The position numbers and the translations under genes are program-made. Source: Lytechinus pictus (taxonomy: Eukaryota). Taken from it: 64,000 nucleotides of DNA. Below the pieces are notes generated by a model, which did not search any database, was not told the DNA's origin, and saw nothing but the letters and a program-made list of their open reading frames with translations. The stretch lies in NCBI RefSeq assembly GCF_037042905.1, contig NC_087251.1, positions 49,229,358-49,293,357 on the forward strand, given 5' to 3'. Within the stretch, counting starts at the first letter, position 1, and each line of letters starts with the position of its first letter. Below, piece by piece: positions 1 through 13,808 of the stretch.

Positions 1-1791
1 AACCCTGGAGGAGAGAGCACATGTCGTATTACCCGATTACCTTCTCACTCAGAAATATATTCATGCTACTTTAGAATAAAGGATGAAATATCACCATTTA
101 GCTTGACAACCCAATATCATACATTTTAATTTAGTCAATGAAAAGAAATGCAAGAAGTTTCCAAGCGTTGTGACACACATTGCCTTATAAAATGAAGAAA
201 AATCACGTTCATCTATTCACACAGAACGAGTAATATCTCGGGGCTACGTGATAAGAAACTATCACTGTCACATCCATAATAATTATACATCTTAAACCCA
301 TGAATACTAATAGCCTGATACTTATTATCACCCACTATAGGACTATACAACCATTTTCTACTTTCCATAATGTTATTGCCTTTTTTCCACTGTTGGTTCC
401 AATTTACGCAATTCTCGTCACTACATCGACTGCCGACCCCGCGTGAAAGGCAAGTGGATGATACGGCTGGGATAAATCTTCATTTGCGTTCGATAAGAAT
501 GATTATATTAATGAATTTAAAAAAAACTGCATGAGATGATCTCTAAGAAGTGGCTCTAGGAGAAGACACGAATTATCTCATCTGCGTGTGCGTCGACGAA
601 TGCCGAGATTAGACGCGAACGTCACACGCGTGCGACATCGTCACCCAAACGCGGGCACGCGACTGCCGACCCCGTCTATGAGACGACCGATGGCTGGATA
701 TACAAGCATGGTTGCCCCCGGCCAATCCCGCCATCCGCCGGGATATTTCGCCCAGTAATATTACCTTATTCTATTTATATCCATTATATCTACGATATTG
801 AATCGAGCATGGGGATATCTCGCAATTTCGCTCGGTTGACTGTGTGTACAAAGCGCGAAAATCCCTTTACGCGTTAAGGCAAAATGAAAGCCTCCCTTCT
901 TTATTATCAATATCATCATCACTTCGGTTCGAAGTCTTTCTCATTTTGCTAGCCGGGCAAAGGGTATTGACGTTATAAATCCCTCTTATTTACCTTGTTG
1001 GTTTTTCTATTTGATGAAACATTTCATGTTGAGGGAATTGTCTGGGTTGAAAATGTCATCTCCCCCTGCGTATTTACGCTGTGTGATCTCACGCTCATGA
1101 ACCATGTTGAGCCTTATGTCACGATGAATTATTAAAATATCGACAACGATGTCATAATACATCATTCTATATAGCATTAAAGACTTTCATTGTGATAATA
1201 ACCTGTCGTTAAAATTTTCCAGAATCGGGAATTGGGGCACTAGAATCTCCCAGAAAAAATATAATAGTTTTGTCATGATTTTTGCCTGATACTGAATACA
1301 TGATACTCAAAAGAAAATGTCTAATGTATTTAATAACTCAGACTCATTTGACTTTCAATCGCCTTTTAGTTTACTTGAAAGTTTCAATTTTAAAAAAATC
1401 TCTATATTTCTATCAATTGAAATCAGTGACTTTATTTACACTCTTATACTTCTGTTCAGGACTTCATATTAAATTATGACATTTTTAGTGAAATGTATTG
1501 ATTTTTGGTATGGATAAGAAGATATCAAAGCCAAAGCAACGTTAATTTATTCAAATAGCATATGATAAAACAATGCTTAATTTGCAGCAACACAAAGCTG
1601 GATGGAGAATTTGCTGTAAATGAAATAAGACCTATAACTCTCTTAAATAATTTAGCTCGTAGCAAGAACAAGTAATAATTCAAGATCAAATTAATGTAAA
1701 TGACATAATCACCACGCTTCTTCACAAGTACTTTAATTTATAAATGTGTTGTCAAAGTTTGAAAAGGTTACAATAAAGATGAGAAAAATAC

Positions 1792-2753
1792 ACAAGTGGA
1801 ATGCCTCTGGCCGTCTCACCTGCATCACGCGATTCAATATAGCAGCAGTGCTGATTTTGAAAACTACTATAACTCGCACAAGATGTTCAGTGATACTTGG
1901 TTACTCTTATTTCCACGTTTTATGAACTAGACCAATACACTTATAGAGATATGATGGCAATTCAACAAATACCCCCAACGTGGCCAAAGTTCTTTGACCT
2001 TACATGACCTTTGACCTTGATCATGTGACCTGAAACTCGCACAGGATGTTCAGTGATACTTGATTACTATTATGTCCAAGTTTTATGAACTAGACCAACA
2101 CACTTTCAAATTTATGGCTGTAATTCAACAAATACCCCAATTTGGCCAAAGTTCATTGACCCTAAATGACCTTTGACCTTGATCATGTGACCTGAAACTT
2201 GCACAGGATGTTCAGTAATACTTGATTACTATTATGTCTAAGTTTCATGAATCAGATCCATAAACATTCAAAGTTATGATGGTAATTCAACAGATACCCC
2301 CAATTCGGCCAAAGTTCATTGACCCTAAATGACCTTTGACCTTGGTCATGTGACGTGAAACTCATGCAGGATGTTCAGTGATACTTGATTAACCTTATGT
2401 ATAAGTTTCATGAACTAGGTCCATATATTTTCTAAGTTATGATGACATTTCAAAAACTTAACCTTAGGTTAAGATTTTGATGTTGATTCCCCCAACATGG
2501 TCTAAGTTCATTGACCCTAAATGACCTTTGACCTTGGTCATGTGACATGAAACTCAGGCAGGATGTTCAGTAATACTTGATTAACCTTATGGCCAAGTTT
2601 CATGAACTAGGTCCATATACTTTCTAAGTTATGCTGTCATTTCAAAAACTTAACCTCAGGTTAAGATTTGGTGTTGACGCCGCCGTCGCCGCCGCCGCCG
2701 TCGCCGTCGGAAAAGCGGCGCCTATAGTCTCACTCTGCTATGCAGGTGAGACA
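1792..2753 (+). mobile_element. Non-autonomous Helentron/DINE-like element (family A) with internal ~160-190 bp tandem units
   Basis: Starts ACAAG. Subterminal inverted repeat GTCTCACCTGCAT (1813-1825) / ATGCAGGTGAGAC (2740-2752). 3' hairpin GTCTCAC...GTGAGAC, (GCC/GTC)n microsatellite near the 3' end, about 5 internal units containing TGACCTTTGACCT, A-rich flanks. Confidence 0.75.
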
Positions 2754-2782
2754 AAAATGATAACTGTTACAGACATATTACT

Positions 2783-3390
2783 AGGACAAGTCCACCCCAA
2801 CAAAAAATTGATTTGAATAAAAAGAGAAAAATCCAACAAGCACAGCACTGAAAATTTCATCAAAATGACAAAATCGGATGTAAAATAAGATAGTTATGGC
2901 ATTTTAAAGTTTCGCTTAATTTCACGAAACAGTTATATGCACATCTTGGTTGGTATGCAAATGAGGAGAGTGATGACGTCATCCACTCACTCTTTCTTTT
3001 GTATTTTATTATATGAAATATGAAATATTCTAATTATCTCATTGTCAATTGAAACAGTGATTAATTCCTCCCTGAACATGTGGAATTAGCATTGTTTAAT
3101 AATATATGATTCAGTAAAGTCGGTCCCTATGGTCAAATCTGTAAAAAATGAAATATTGTATAAATCAAACAATAAAAAACAATAGAAATAGTGAGTGATG
3201 GACATCATCGACTGACCCATTTGCATGTCACTGAGTTGTGCATATCACTCTTTTGTGAAAAATAAGCGAAACTTTAAAATGTCATAACTTTCTTATTTTA
3301 CATCCGATTTTGATGAAATTTTTAGTGTTATGCTACGTAGATTTTTCTCTATTTATTCAAATCAACATTTTGCTGGGGTGGACTTGACCT
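2783..3390. mobile_element. Kolobok-like (TTAA-AGG...CCT-TTAA) MITE, copy 1
   Basis: TIR AGGACAAGTCCACCCCA / TGGGGTGGACTTGACCT followed by TTAA, with long internal inverted arms. The same family recurs at 38406, 56232 and 58014. Confidence 0.85.
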
Positions 3391-3480
3391 TTAACCTTTC
3401 ATTAAATATATATGATAACCGCTTCATTATAAACCACTGTCGAGGGGCCCGTGGATAATTAGATTTATTTTCAATTGATC

Positions 3481-3828
3481 TAATGCCAATTCGTCTAATA
3501 TCACTTGGTCTATCATCAATTCGCACAATCTACATGGTCTAATTGTCATTTCGTCCACTCACCATTTCGTCTAATAAGCAGTTGGTCCAATCGCCATTAA
3601 GTCCATAAACCATTTGGTCTAATTGAGTGTTAATTGGGCAAAATGAATGAAAAGAAAATGGATATTATTCCAACTGGTTATTAGACGAAATGGTCATAGA
3701 CGAACTGGTAATTACACGAAGTGATTATTGGACCAAATGGTCTTTGGACGAAATTTTGGACGGAATGACTAAATGAAGGTAGACCATGTGATGAGTGGAC
3801 GAGTTGGCAAAAGACGAATCGGCAGTTT
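3481..3828. mobile_element. MITE / foldback-like element with repeated TTCGTCTA / TAGACGAA motifs
   Basis: Termini TGCCAATTCGTCT / AGACGAATCGGCA are inverted. The left half repeats TT(C/G)GTC(T/C)A and the right half repeats its complement. Confidence 0.65.
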
Positions 3829-5177
3829 AACCCATAAATTATTTGTACTTTGAAAATGACCGCCAAATAACATCTGTGAGGTCTTTGTCGAAAATTGGTG
3901 AAAAGGACCAATAATTTTGTCCTAAGTTTTGAAGCTGATGAAAAATTGCAAATATGTCGTTTTGTCCAGAGTAGAGGACGAAACTGATTCACCAATTTTC
4001 GCAAAAGAGGTTGCTTATTGTCATGAAGGGCATAATTTGACAATATATTTGTTATGTTCTTGAATGTGTTCTGTGCTGCGGTGCGAAATCTGAATATCCA
4101 TCAAGTTCACGAGGCTGGCGCTCTACCACGCACTGTGCTAATTAACATGGGAATACATGTATACACGATGAAAAATGTATGGAAAAATGAACGTTGCAAT
4201 CATTTTTACTTGCTTTAGAAATTTAGATAGGGAAATTACTGTTGAGTCGTATAATTTTCATCATTGGAGAAAATATCCTTTGAATATAAATCTTGTTTAT
4301 TGTAAACACAAATGCAGAACACTTTATTCACAAGGTCTTTAGTGTATTTACTTGAAATATGCTGTATGCTTTTGAATATCATCCGAATCAATGCGTAAAA
4401 TACAGAATAGGGACAGAAAATCAAAGACATTTGCAGCCATGTTGAATGCATCTCAAAATGAAACGAAGGTCGCGATCCTGTCTTTTCCGCGGGCTCGATG
4501 CGTTCGTCTCTTTTATATAACATATCATGATTGTTTTCTTATAATGGAATGCTTTTGATGGAAAATCTTTTGTATAGCGATATGTCGGCTAAAATAAACG
4601 ATATCGTGTGACTTGAATGGTATTATTGAGCTTATAGCTGTTTCCTTGAGATGAAAAAAGGAGAAAACCGTTTCGAAATGCAAAGAGATTACATTCACTT
4701 TCTCGCTGTGATTTTTTTTACTATTTATTTTGTTTATGTTATAAGTGCGGCCACTAGCCATATTACCACACAGGCCACATTACATGCATTACATTTTCGA
4801 GTATTGTTGTTTCATATATTTATGACTTGGAATATCACAAACTCGAGGTCATCATAGGTTCTATCCCCGGTAGAACCATATACTTAAGATTTTTTATTAA
4901 AAAGAAATAAGGGAACTTCTGCCTATCAGCTTGGCACTCAGCATTTAGGATAAAGAAAGGTATTATAGGGTCCTCCTCTAGAGAGTTCCATCACTCAAAC
5001 TGAAAATATTTATTTCTAGATCTAGAGTTTGATTGGTTATTCACAGCCGGTCTGGTATTATTTTAAATCCAAGAAAGTATATAATAGTAGTATATCCAAA
5101 GTAGTAGTAGTGATATCATTATTATTATTATTATTATTATCATTAGAAGTAGTAGTAAGTAGTAGTAGGAGGAAGAG

Positions 5178-5407
<230 letters not shown>

Positions 5408-6156
5408 GCTGTTGTTTTTGTTGCTTTTGCTGTAGTTTTGTAGTGGGAGAAATATATTGTCATTCTTTATTATGATTATCATCTTTTCTTCATTTTCGTT
5501 TTTGCTTTGATGATTTTCTTCTCTTTCTTTTTCTTTTATTCGTATTCTTCTCATTCTTCACGGTCTTCTGCTCTTTCTTCTTCTTTTTTTGTTTCTTGTT
5601 TTTTTTCCCTGCTCTTCTTCTTTTTTCTTCCCCTTCTTCTTCTTTCTTCTTCTTCTTATCCTTCTTCTTTTCTTCCCTCTTCTTCTTCTTTATCTTCTAC
5701 TACTTCTTCAACCTATTCCATACGTAATTTTCTACATACGTTTTCATTTATTTATAAAAATGTAAAGTTTCCATAATATAAAATAATTAAATGATTTTCT
5801 AATTAACCTGACACCCACGATTTGAGAGGTGATGCAGTTTCCATGACGATTATAATCCTGTTATATTCTTATTGGATAGAAACTTGTTCATCATCAGTAT
5901 CATCTTGCTCCTCCTTTTCCTCCTAATCTTCCAGATGAGATGTTCTACATTTCCATTTATGTATAGACACAGATATACATATATATATATAATCTGTGTT
6001 ATTTTACTTTGTAAATAACACACGCACGGTACACAACACAACCCTAATTCAGAAGAATTTGCTATGACCCATGTCAGCAAATAAAAACTGAAGAAGGCCA
6101 GGGCCGAAAGCTTTACAACATAGTGTATACTTTGCTTCATCCTTGATTCTACTCTT

Positions 6157-6334
6157 CACACACACACACACACACATATATATAGTGTGAAAGAAATGGA
6201 TGAAGAGAACAATGGTAGGCGTAGCTTAAATCAAGGTTCCCCAGAGCTATCTACCCTTTATATATATATATATATATAAATGAAAATGAAGGTCCTGTGT
6301 CGGTTGTGGTAGTATAAAGCAAAATACAAGATGA

Positions 6335-6389
<55 letters not shown>
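6157..6389. repeat. Cluster of (CA)n and (TA)n microsatellites
   Basis: (CA)n at ~6157-6176; (TA)n at ~6259-6278 and ~6335-6389. Confidence 0.95.
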
Positions 6390-6390
<1 letters not shown>

Positions 6391-7312
6391 CCCAGCCCCA
6401 GCCCCCGTCCCAGCCAAACGCCGCACAAAAAAGACACGGAAAACGGTAGAAGATTACGTTTGGTTTATGTTGACATATGTGCAGGCAAGACACTCCAGAT
6501 ACGACGCGGTGACAATGACAAATGACTCGACTGTGTCAAAACAACATCAAATGACGAAAATGAACAAGATGGACTGATTCTATACCAAAACAAATGGACA
6601 TTATAAATATATACGACATCTGCGCAAATGTTTCGCCATTACAGCTTTGCCAACGTAGACCCGACTCACACAATCGTCAATTTTTACCCCTCTAATGAAA
6701 CAGTTACACCAACGCAACCCTTTCCAAACCGACCAATGATATGCCATTGGAAATAACGTAATAGCTTTGATCGTTCTGGAGTCAGTTTGTTGGTGAAACT
6801 GTCGTTAATATAGTGGATAGAAGATGGGGCGTGTTTTATGTTGAAACTCCACTATAGTGAAAGGGGGATCGGAAAAAGAAAGGTACATGTTTGGAATTTA
6901 CGAATTAAAGCCTAAATAACTTTAACCTCAGATCCAAAATTGGCTTATAATGGAACGAATGAATTCCTAAATAAAGGAAAGGGATCTTTAGCAAAAGTAC
7001 AATCTTATTGGAGTGCTCTCTCTTTTTTTCCTTCGTATTATATCAAACGTAAAAACCCTTTCTGCCGAATTGAGCACGAATGAAGAGGGATAGTTATTGC
7101 TTGGATTTGGTATTTGAACGCTATTGGGTGTAATCTTTTGACTTATGATGCGTTTGGTCGAATGGTCCACAGGCCGACAGACCATAAATAACGATCTAAT
7201 GATAGCTACCGACTCGCAATGCATTGTGACGTCGACGTAACCACTCCAAAATGACAACTCCATAGTAAAAAAGCAGAGTTCAGTTTGCTGATACACCGTC
7301 ATACAAAGTTCC

Positions 7313-8385
7313 CCAAGTTCATAGCATTTGATGATTCTTTTAAAATGCTTTCATGGGGGAAATAATCCCGGATGAGATAACATGCCGGAGAAGTCGAACG
7401 TTGTTGTTGCGAATGACAGGCAAGGACGGAACCTCATGGGGGGGGGGGGCAAGGGGTCCACCTTAATGTTTTAAAACAAAGAAAATACGAAGAGAAAATA
7501 TCTAACAGTTAGAGAGAGAGAGAGACAAAAGAGAAAGAATGAGCACATAGCCGTGTAACTATAATACCCTTATTATTCAATTGACGAAAAAAGGGTCAAA
7601 TTTGGGTCGTTTACCCCCCCCCCCCCCCCAATAACAATATACTGGTGCCGCCACTAACACAGGCAAAGTTCATAACATTTGAAGATTCTTTATTTTATGG
7701 AGGAACATTTTCGGTTAAGGTTAAACTGGAATAATTGAAAGTTGTTGTTGTGAATGAAGGGCAGGGGCGGCACCATGTGCACATGGAAGGGTGGGGGCAG
7801 AAGATCACCCTCTTTGATTTGAAAACAAAGAAAATAAGAACAAAATATTTAAGAGAAAGAGAGAAGAAAGAAAGAAAGAAAGAAAGAGATGCCTAGGCGT
7901 GTAACTCTATAAAGGTCTTAATGGTCAGGCCCCAAGTTATATCTCGGACCTCTTGAAATTGAAATCCCGATCTCATGACCATCACCTTCGTAGCTCACTC
8001 ACACTCACACTGCAAGTACCCCCACACAAGACTAAAGCAACACTATAGGATATACCGGTAGGTCATTTCTGATGTCAGCCCCACGACTGTGGAACAAACT
8101 TCCCCTCGACATAAGGAATTCAATAAGTTTACATAATTTGAAGTTAAAATTAAAAACCTATCTATTCCAATAGTTCAGTTATATACAGCGCCTTGGAAGC
8201 TCTTGCAGCGCAATAGAGACATAGTTTTTGCGCTATATAAATGCATGTTATTATTATTATTATTATTATTATAATTATTGTTATTTATAATACCCCTAAA
8301 TAGAAGAAAACAGTGACATCACGTTTGGGCCGTCTCCCCCGCCCCCCCCCCCCCCCCCAGATAGCAATATTCTGTTACCGCCCTG
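7313..8385 (+). repeat. Diverged ~350-bp tandem duplication; the second copy is interrupted by an L2 fragment
   Basis: AAGTTCATA(G/A)CATTTGA...GTTGTTGTTG.GAATGA...AAAACAAAGAAAATA...GTGTAACT|ATAATACCC...C-run occurs at ~7313-7655 and again at ~7664-7908 plus ~8287-8385. Confidence 0.75.
7905..8286 (+). mobile_element. 5'-truncated L2-clade LINE (ORF2 C-terminus plus 3' tail)
   Basis: Translates to LYKGLNGQAPSYISDLL...GRSFLMSAPRLWNKLPLDIRNSISLHNLKLKLKTYLFQ* (stop 8171-8173), typical of the L2 ORF2 end. Followed by CAGCGCCTTG...GCGCTATATAAATG and a (TAT)n tail. Confidence 0.88.
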
Positions 8386-8535
8386 ATGATTACAAAGAGA
8401 AATTGAGAATGAAAATTAAGATACGTCCATTAAAACTCCAAGAAAAGGAAATAACGGTGAAGGGATATATCACGAAATCTGGTCGTATGCTCGCTCGCTT
8501 TGTATCCTTGCATCTTGATGAAAGTATTATAATCA

Positions 8536-8697
8536 GGTGCTGTGGGAGAGTATATGAGTATATAGTCTAATATTTGGCGCCTGCTAGACACGTGGAAGTG
8601 GCACTAATGCATATGAGCAAGGTAATTTATTCCACATTGTTCTTTTATCATGCATTCAAATAAATGGAAATGCGATATGAATTCTTAATAACTATGT
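8536..8697 (+). mobile_element. Degenerate copy of the SINE at 8839
   Basis: Shares GGCGCCTG, TGAGCAAGG, TCTTTTATCATGC, AAATGC.ATATG and TAACTA.GT with the 8839 element; the B box is lost. Confidence 0.6.
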
Positions 8698-8838
8698 TTA
8701 GACTTTTCTTGAAATCCCAGTGAGAGAAGGGATATTGCTTCTCATTTCACCCCTCTTACATACAGTAAATAATTTACTGCCCTACACGGTATATTCTCGC
8801 AAGCAGGACCTTCAATAATTGCCCTTTTTTAACAAAAA

Positions 8839-9015
8839 GGTGCCGTGGCCGAGTGGTCTAAGGCGCCTGGCTATAACATGGAAAGTCCGGGGTTCGATTC
8901 CCGGCCGCGACACCTATGTCAGTGAGCAAGGCATGTAATCTACAATGCTCTTTTATCATGCTTTAAATTAATATATGAAAATGCTATATGCATTATTGGT
9001 AACTACGTGTGCACT
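8839..9015 (+). mobile_element. tRNA-derived SINE
   Basis: Pol III A box TGGCCGAGTGG and B box GGTTCGATTCC, followed by a non-tRNA body (GAGCAAGGCA...). Confidence 0.8.
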
Positions 9016-9068
9016 TGTTTAAAAAAAACCTACATGTATCGTCATTGGTTTTTTATATATATTTTTTT

Positions 9069-9623
9069 TAACCTCTGCTATCTTAACCTCTGTCAATTTT
9101 ACTTCTGCCATTTGTACCTCTGTCACTTTTACCTCAGACATTTTTACCTCTGCCATTAGTACCTCTGTCATTATTACCTCTTCCATTATTACTTCTGCCA
9201 TTTTTACCTCTGGCATTTTTACCTTTGCTATTTTTACCTCTTCCATTTTTACCTCTGCCATTTCACCTCTACCATTAGTACCTCTATCATTATTACCTCT
9301 GCCATTATTACTTCTGCCATTATTACCTCTGCCATTTTCACCTCTGCCATTATTACCTCTGCCATTTTTACCTCTGCGATTCCTACCTCTGCCATTTTTA
9401 CTTCCACCATTTACCTCTGTCATTATTACCTCTGCCATTATTACTTCTGCCATTTTTTGCCTATGCCATTTCTACCTCTGCCGCCATTTCCACCTCTGCC
9501 GCAATTTCCAACTCTGGCATTTTTACCTCTGACATATTACCTCTGACATTATTACCTCTGACATTATTACTTCTGTCATTATTGTCTCTGCCATTTTTAC
9601 CTCTGCCATTTTAACAGCGAACC
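9069..9623. repeat. 15-bp tandem repeat (CATT(A/T)TTACCTCTGC)n, possibly the subterminal array of a DNA transposon
   Basis: Direct reading, roughly 35 imperfect units. Generates the MAEVI/GRGNN ORF at 9019-9453. Confidence 0.9.
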
Positions 9624-10431
9624 AGTCCACCCCCCCATGTTAAAATCAATGTAGTTGCTAAACATTGTCAGAGCTAATGGGGAGTGGATAGAGAATGTGT
9701 GTCAAGCCTAAATCCGATGACAGATTTTATAATAATGTATGGTTAGTTTATATATTATATTGCCGAGTGCCGATGTAACTGTTAATGTTGAGGCTGAATA
9801 TTCTAACTATCTTTAATCACACTAATACCACACCCTCAGATGTTAATATTGAGAGGCCCTATCTAAATATAGTCTGACTTGGCAAATAACGAAATAAAAC
9901 ACGCAAAATGTATCAATTTACACTTGAATCTATCAAAGTTTTCTTGTTGATGATCATTTAAGTTATTATTCAATTATTTATGAAATAAACTTGAACATGC
10001 TTCAGAAAATGAATTATTACTGATTTTAACTGGCGTCAATATATCATTGTGTGGTTGCCCCCATTAAATTCCACAAAACCCTGATACCTTGCCACAAATT
10101 TACAAGTTTTTGTATTTATACAGCCATCATATCCCATATCACTAGAAATAAACCCATTCATCACTTTTAGAGCTGCGGGTATAAATACGTGTATTGATCT
10201 GTTTAAAAGCACAGATTTTACACGCAACATTTACCCCATGATAACTGACCTGAATATGTATATAGGTGCAATGGCTTACAAAATTATTTTGGTTTCTGTG
10301 AATAGGACTACATTTCATCGTATGCATAGTTTTGACTGGGGATGAGCCATATTTTGTTCAATGTGATGAAATTTCAGCCAGCTTTATGTATGTTTCATAT
10401 ATTATATTTCTAAATGAAAATTCAATGACTA

Positions 10432-10643
10432 CACTCTTAAAACGAATCAGTCAAATTGACTAGACCAGTTGTCAGCTGGGTGCAAATGATATGACAATCA
10501 CTGATTATCACATTTCTGACATATATTCTAGTCAGAAAAATAACTGTTCTAGTAAAATACGACTAGAAAATAGTCAAATATGACTAAAATAACAGTTGCA
10601 CCCAGCTGACCCTTTTTTTGACTGATTTGTTTTGAAAGAATTG
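10432..10643. mobile_element. EnSpm/CACTA-like MITE
   Basis: CACTCTTAAAACGAATCAGTCAAA / TTTGACTGATTTGTTTTGAAAGA termini, plus internal inverted pair GTCAGCTGGGTGCAA / TTGCACCCAGCTGAC. Confidence 0.65.
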
Positions 10644-10815
10644 AGGATAAAGGAAGATTGATATTTTCAGAGTTACACTGGTATGCATATTTCTTCTTCT
10701 TCTTCTTTCTTTTTCTTCTTCTTCTGCTTCTTTTTCTTTTTGTTCTTCTTCTTCTCATCCTCCCTTTCTTCTGATCAAAGGCGACGATACTGACTACGGA
10801 GATAACAATAGCTGC

Positions 10816-11015
10816 GATGATGATGATAATGATGATGGTGATGATGATAATGATGATGGTGATGATGATGATGATGATGATGATAATGATGATGATAATG
10901 ATGATGATGATGATGATGATGATGATAATGATGATGATGATGATGATGATGATGATAATGATGATGGTGATGATGATGATGATGATGGTGGTGATGATGA
11001 TGATGATGATGATGA
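10816..11015. repeat. (GAT)n microsatellite flanked by pyrimidine-rich and purine-rich tracts
   Basis: Direct reading. Explains the poly-M, poly-H and poly-I ORFs. Confidence 0.99.
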
Positions 11016-12038
11016 TAGTTATGGTAATGGTGAAAAGAGGAGGAGAAGCACGAGAAACTGAACGAAAAGAATAAGAAGGGAGTAAGGAGAACAAGATTAA
11101 AAAGAAAATAAGAAGAAAAAGAAAACAATACAAGATCCAATAGAAAAAAAGGGGTGATGAAGAAGGGAAAATAAAGAACTATGCATGAAGGAATAAAGAA
11201 TGTGAAAATATCATTAAATTATTTGTTTTCAAAGATGTTTTAGTATTTTCTTTCACACCAATAACTATAATATAACTATTAAAAAAATCGAGACGAAATT
11301 GTATATTCTCCATAACATGAGCATAATGCTAGCTACATTAAATAATTAGTTAAAATCATACTAGGTTACATGAAATCAAGTTATTAAATACAAATCATAA
11401 ATATCTACCACTGAACACTAAATAATTCATAGCATGTCTTTTTTATCTTAGAAAATTTGTAATGATATTTTTACATCACGTTGCACACCATGATACTCCA
11501 TTGAATGGGGAAACTTATAACGGGAACAGATTAGTGGCGTAATGACCAAAGTTTCTGGAATGTTACGAGCGAGCAAAGTTTTTTACTTATTTAATAGAAA
11601 CATCTGATTTTGTGATAGATTTTGACATTATGATCAGACTACAGTAACATATTTCACCTTTTTCTATTTCCTTTTCTTCCCTTTCTCATTTTTTTCCTTG
11701 GTCTTGAATTTTTTTTTTAGGGGGGGGGGTCCTTGGCCCCCCAAGTCCCTCCCCACCGTACGCAAATGGAAGAGCACTGGAGGCAGGGACACAATTTTCA
11801 TTGGAAGTATGAGGATGGACTTTCTGAATTAAAAAAAAAAACACTTAACAACCTAAAATTAGTTGGTGAACATTCAAGACAGGGCCTTAAAATAAATTTG
11901 AAATACAAAGTTCGCCGACGAATTATAAGATGCATGCGTATGGTTAATAAATCTACAAACGCGAGAGGGCGGTATTCATGACACCGAAGAAACACCCTCT
12001 GGCCAAAATTTGGAGTCCTCGAAGTGATACATACCGTC

Positions 12039-12198
12039 CATAGGCGGCGGAAGCGGGGGGGGGGGGGGGGGGCTGTCCTCCCTAAATTGATTTTTGTTGA
12101 TAACTTTTTTTTTTTTTTTTGCTTGTCCAATTTTTTACCTGTGTCCATCCCCAATTTCAGGTGGACCCCCACTAAATGTTTGGCTTCCGCCGCCAATG
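12039..12198. mobile_element. hAT-type MITE with 8-bp TSD
   Basis: TIR CATAGGCGGCGGAAGC / GCTTCCGCCGCCAATG; perfect TSD ATACCGTC at 12031-12038 and 12199-12206. Confidence 0.9.
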
Positions 12199-12741
12199 AT
12201 ACCGTCTTTCCATGGAGCTAAAACTAAAGCAGACCGTGGTCTCTATGAACAGACTTGCGATGCATACTGTGCATGATATAGACTTTCATGTTCATAAAGA
12301 ATTTATATGTTGATACCAACTCAAAGGATGAATTTATTTTACAATTTTTATTTAGATGTAAAACTGAAGCATGTTGTAGTTGTTGATTGGTTTTTAACGG
12401 CGCTCTCATTCAAAAATGAATTATGCGCCAGTCAAAATAATCTTATTATATCATTATGATATGTGTTTTTATTATTTATATCACTAATACACATTCGTTT
12501 TAAAACGCAATATTATTATGAAAGAAAAAGTTACGATATATTTCACGTGACTGTTTTTTTAATTACATTTTATCTAAAGTTAGTTCTGAGCGGGGATATT
12601 GAAACGGATCACTATTATAGAGTTATGGAAAGGAACCGTAAGGCATAAAATAGTAAATTAAGTATTTTGGTAATTTCAAGCAGACCTAAAACAAAAACAT
12701 ACGACCTTATTATATGATCCTCTGTAGCGATAGGCTTTTAT

Positions 12742-13035
12742 TAATAATAATAATAATACAGGTATATTTACCCAGGGAAGCCGCTTCAGTTCCGAAAACT
12801 GTTCTCCCAGCGGGCCCTGCTATTATTATTACCCCGGCTTTAGCTGGGCTGCCTAGGCGCTCAAAGCATTCAAGGAATTTCTTCCTACCGGGTACCCATT
12901 CATCTCACCTGGGTTGAGTGCAGCACAGTGTGGATAAATTTCTTGCTGAAGGAAATTACGCCATGGCTGGGATTCGAACCCACGACCCTCTGTTTCAAAG
13001 TCCGAAGACTAATCCACTGGGCCACAACGCTCCAC
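12742..13035 (-). mobile_element. Full-length tRNA-derived SINE with (TAT)n tail
   Basis: On the minus strand: A box TGGCCCAGTGG, B box GGTTCGAATCC, central CAACCCAGGTGAGATGAATGGGTACC block resembling conserved metazoan SINE central domains, and a (TAT)n tail at ~12742-12758. Confidence 0.88.
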
Positions 13036-13569
13036 ATTGTTTATGTTATAATAATAAAAACAGTAAACAAAACCAACAATATTTGACTCCATAATATCTC
13101 AACGATATTTCTCAAGTACTGTAAGCCTTTGCATTTTAGAGTCTTTCCATTTCAACATTTTTTTAGTGTCATACTTTTATTGTTATTGATTATATTTTTT
13201 TCAATTTCAAGTGTAATGATGGTAAGATCATGTTTATTGCATTTGACCAAACTGTATTTTCCTAATTTGTATTTTATTGAAAATGAAATAAATGAAATGA
13301 ATGAAAATGAAAATAATGAACTCATTTCAACAATCTTCCAACTCTCGTTCAAAATCATCGCGAATAAGCATCGCACGTCCTGGAATAAAACATATTCCAC
13401 AGGCTTTCTTGACGGCATTCTTTCCGACAGAAAAATCCCTATACGAAACATCCTACTTGGGAATAACTGTAAATCTGTAATAATAAAACACAAAAGTTAC
13501 AACTTACAAAGTAATGTGAATTATGAACACAGTACACAATCAATGATATCCATTTAGTAGGCTTCTCTG

Positions 13570-13808
13570 CACTGTAAAAACTGAGGTGTTAAAACTGACA
13601 CCAGTTGGTGTTAATAGAGGACCACACCCTGAGGTGTTAAAATTACACCCTAGGGATTGAACATAACACCACAGGGTGTTGATGTGACAACCAAAGGTGT
13701 TGTAATAACACATGTAGGTGTTAAACTAACACTGTCAATTTAACACCGGTGTAAAATAACTGGTGTGGTCCTCTATGTACACCGGTTAACACCACAGTTT
13801 TTGCTGTG
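13570..13808. mobile_element. EnSpm/CACTA-like MITE
   Basis: CACTGTAAAAACTGAGGTGTTAA / TTAACACCACAGTTTTTGCTGTG termini, flanked by TG on both sides (2-bp TSD); internal GGTGTTA/TAACACC motifs. Confidence 0.8.

Noticed and set aside
8839..8915. Possible tRNA genes (also 16822-16895 and 12960-13035)
   Set aside because: A and B boxes are present, but I could not form a proper cloverleaf or anticodon arm, and each continues into a SINE body.
9019..9453. MAEVI/GRGNN pentapeptide-repeat ORF
   Set aside because: Translation of a 15-bp tandem repeat that shifts frame internally and extends beyond the ORF.
10549..11140. Poly-I, poly-H and poly-M ORFs
   Set aside because: (GAT)n microsatellite.
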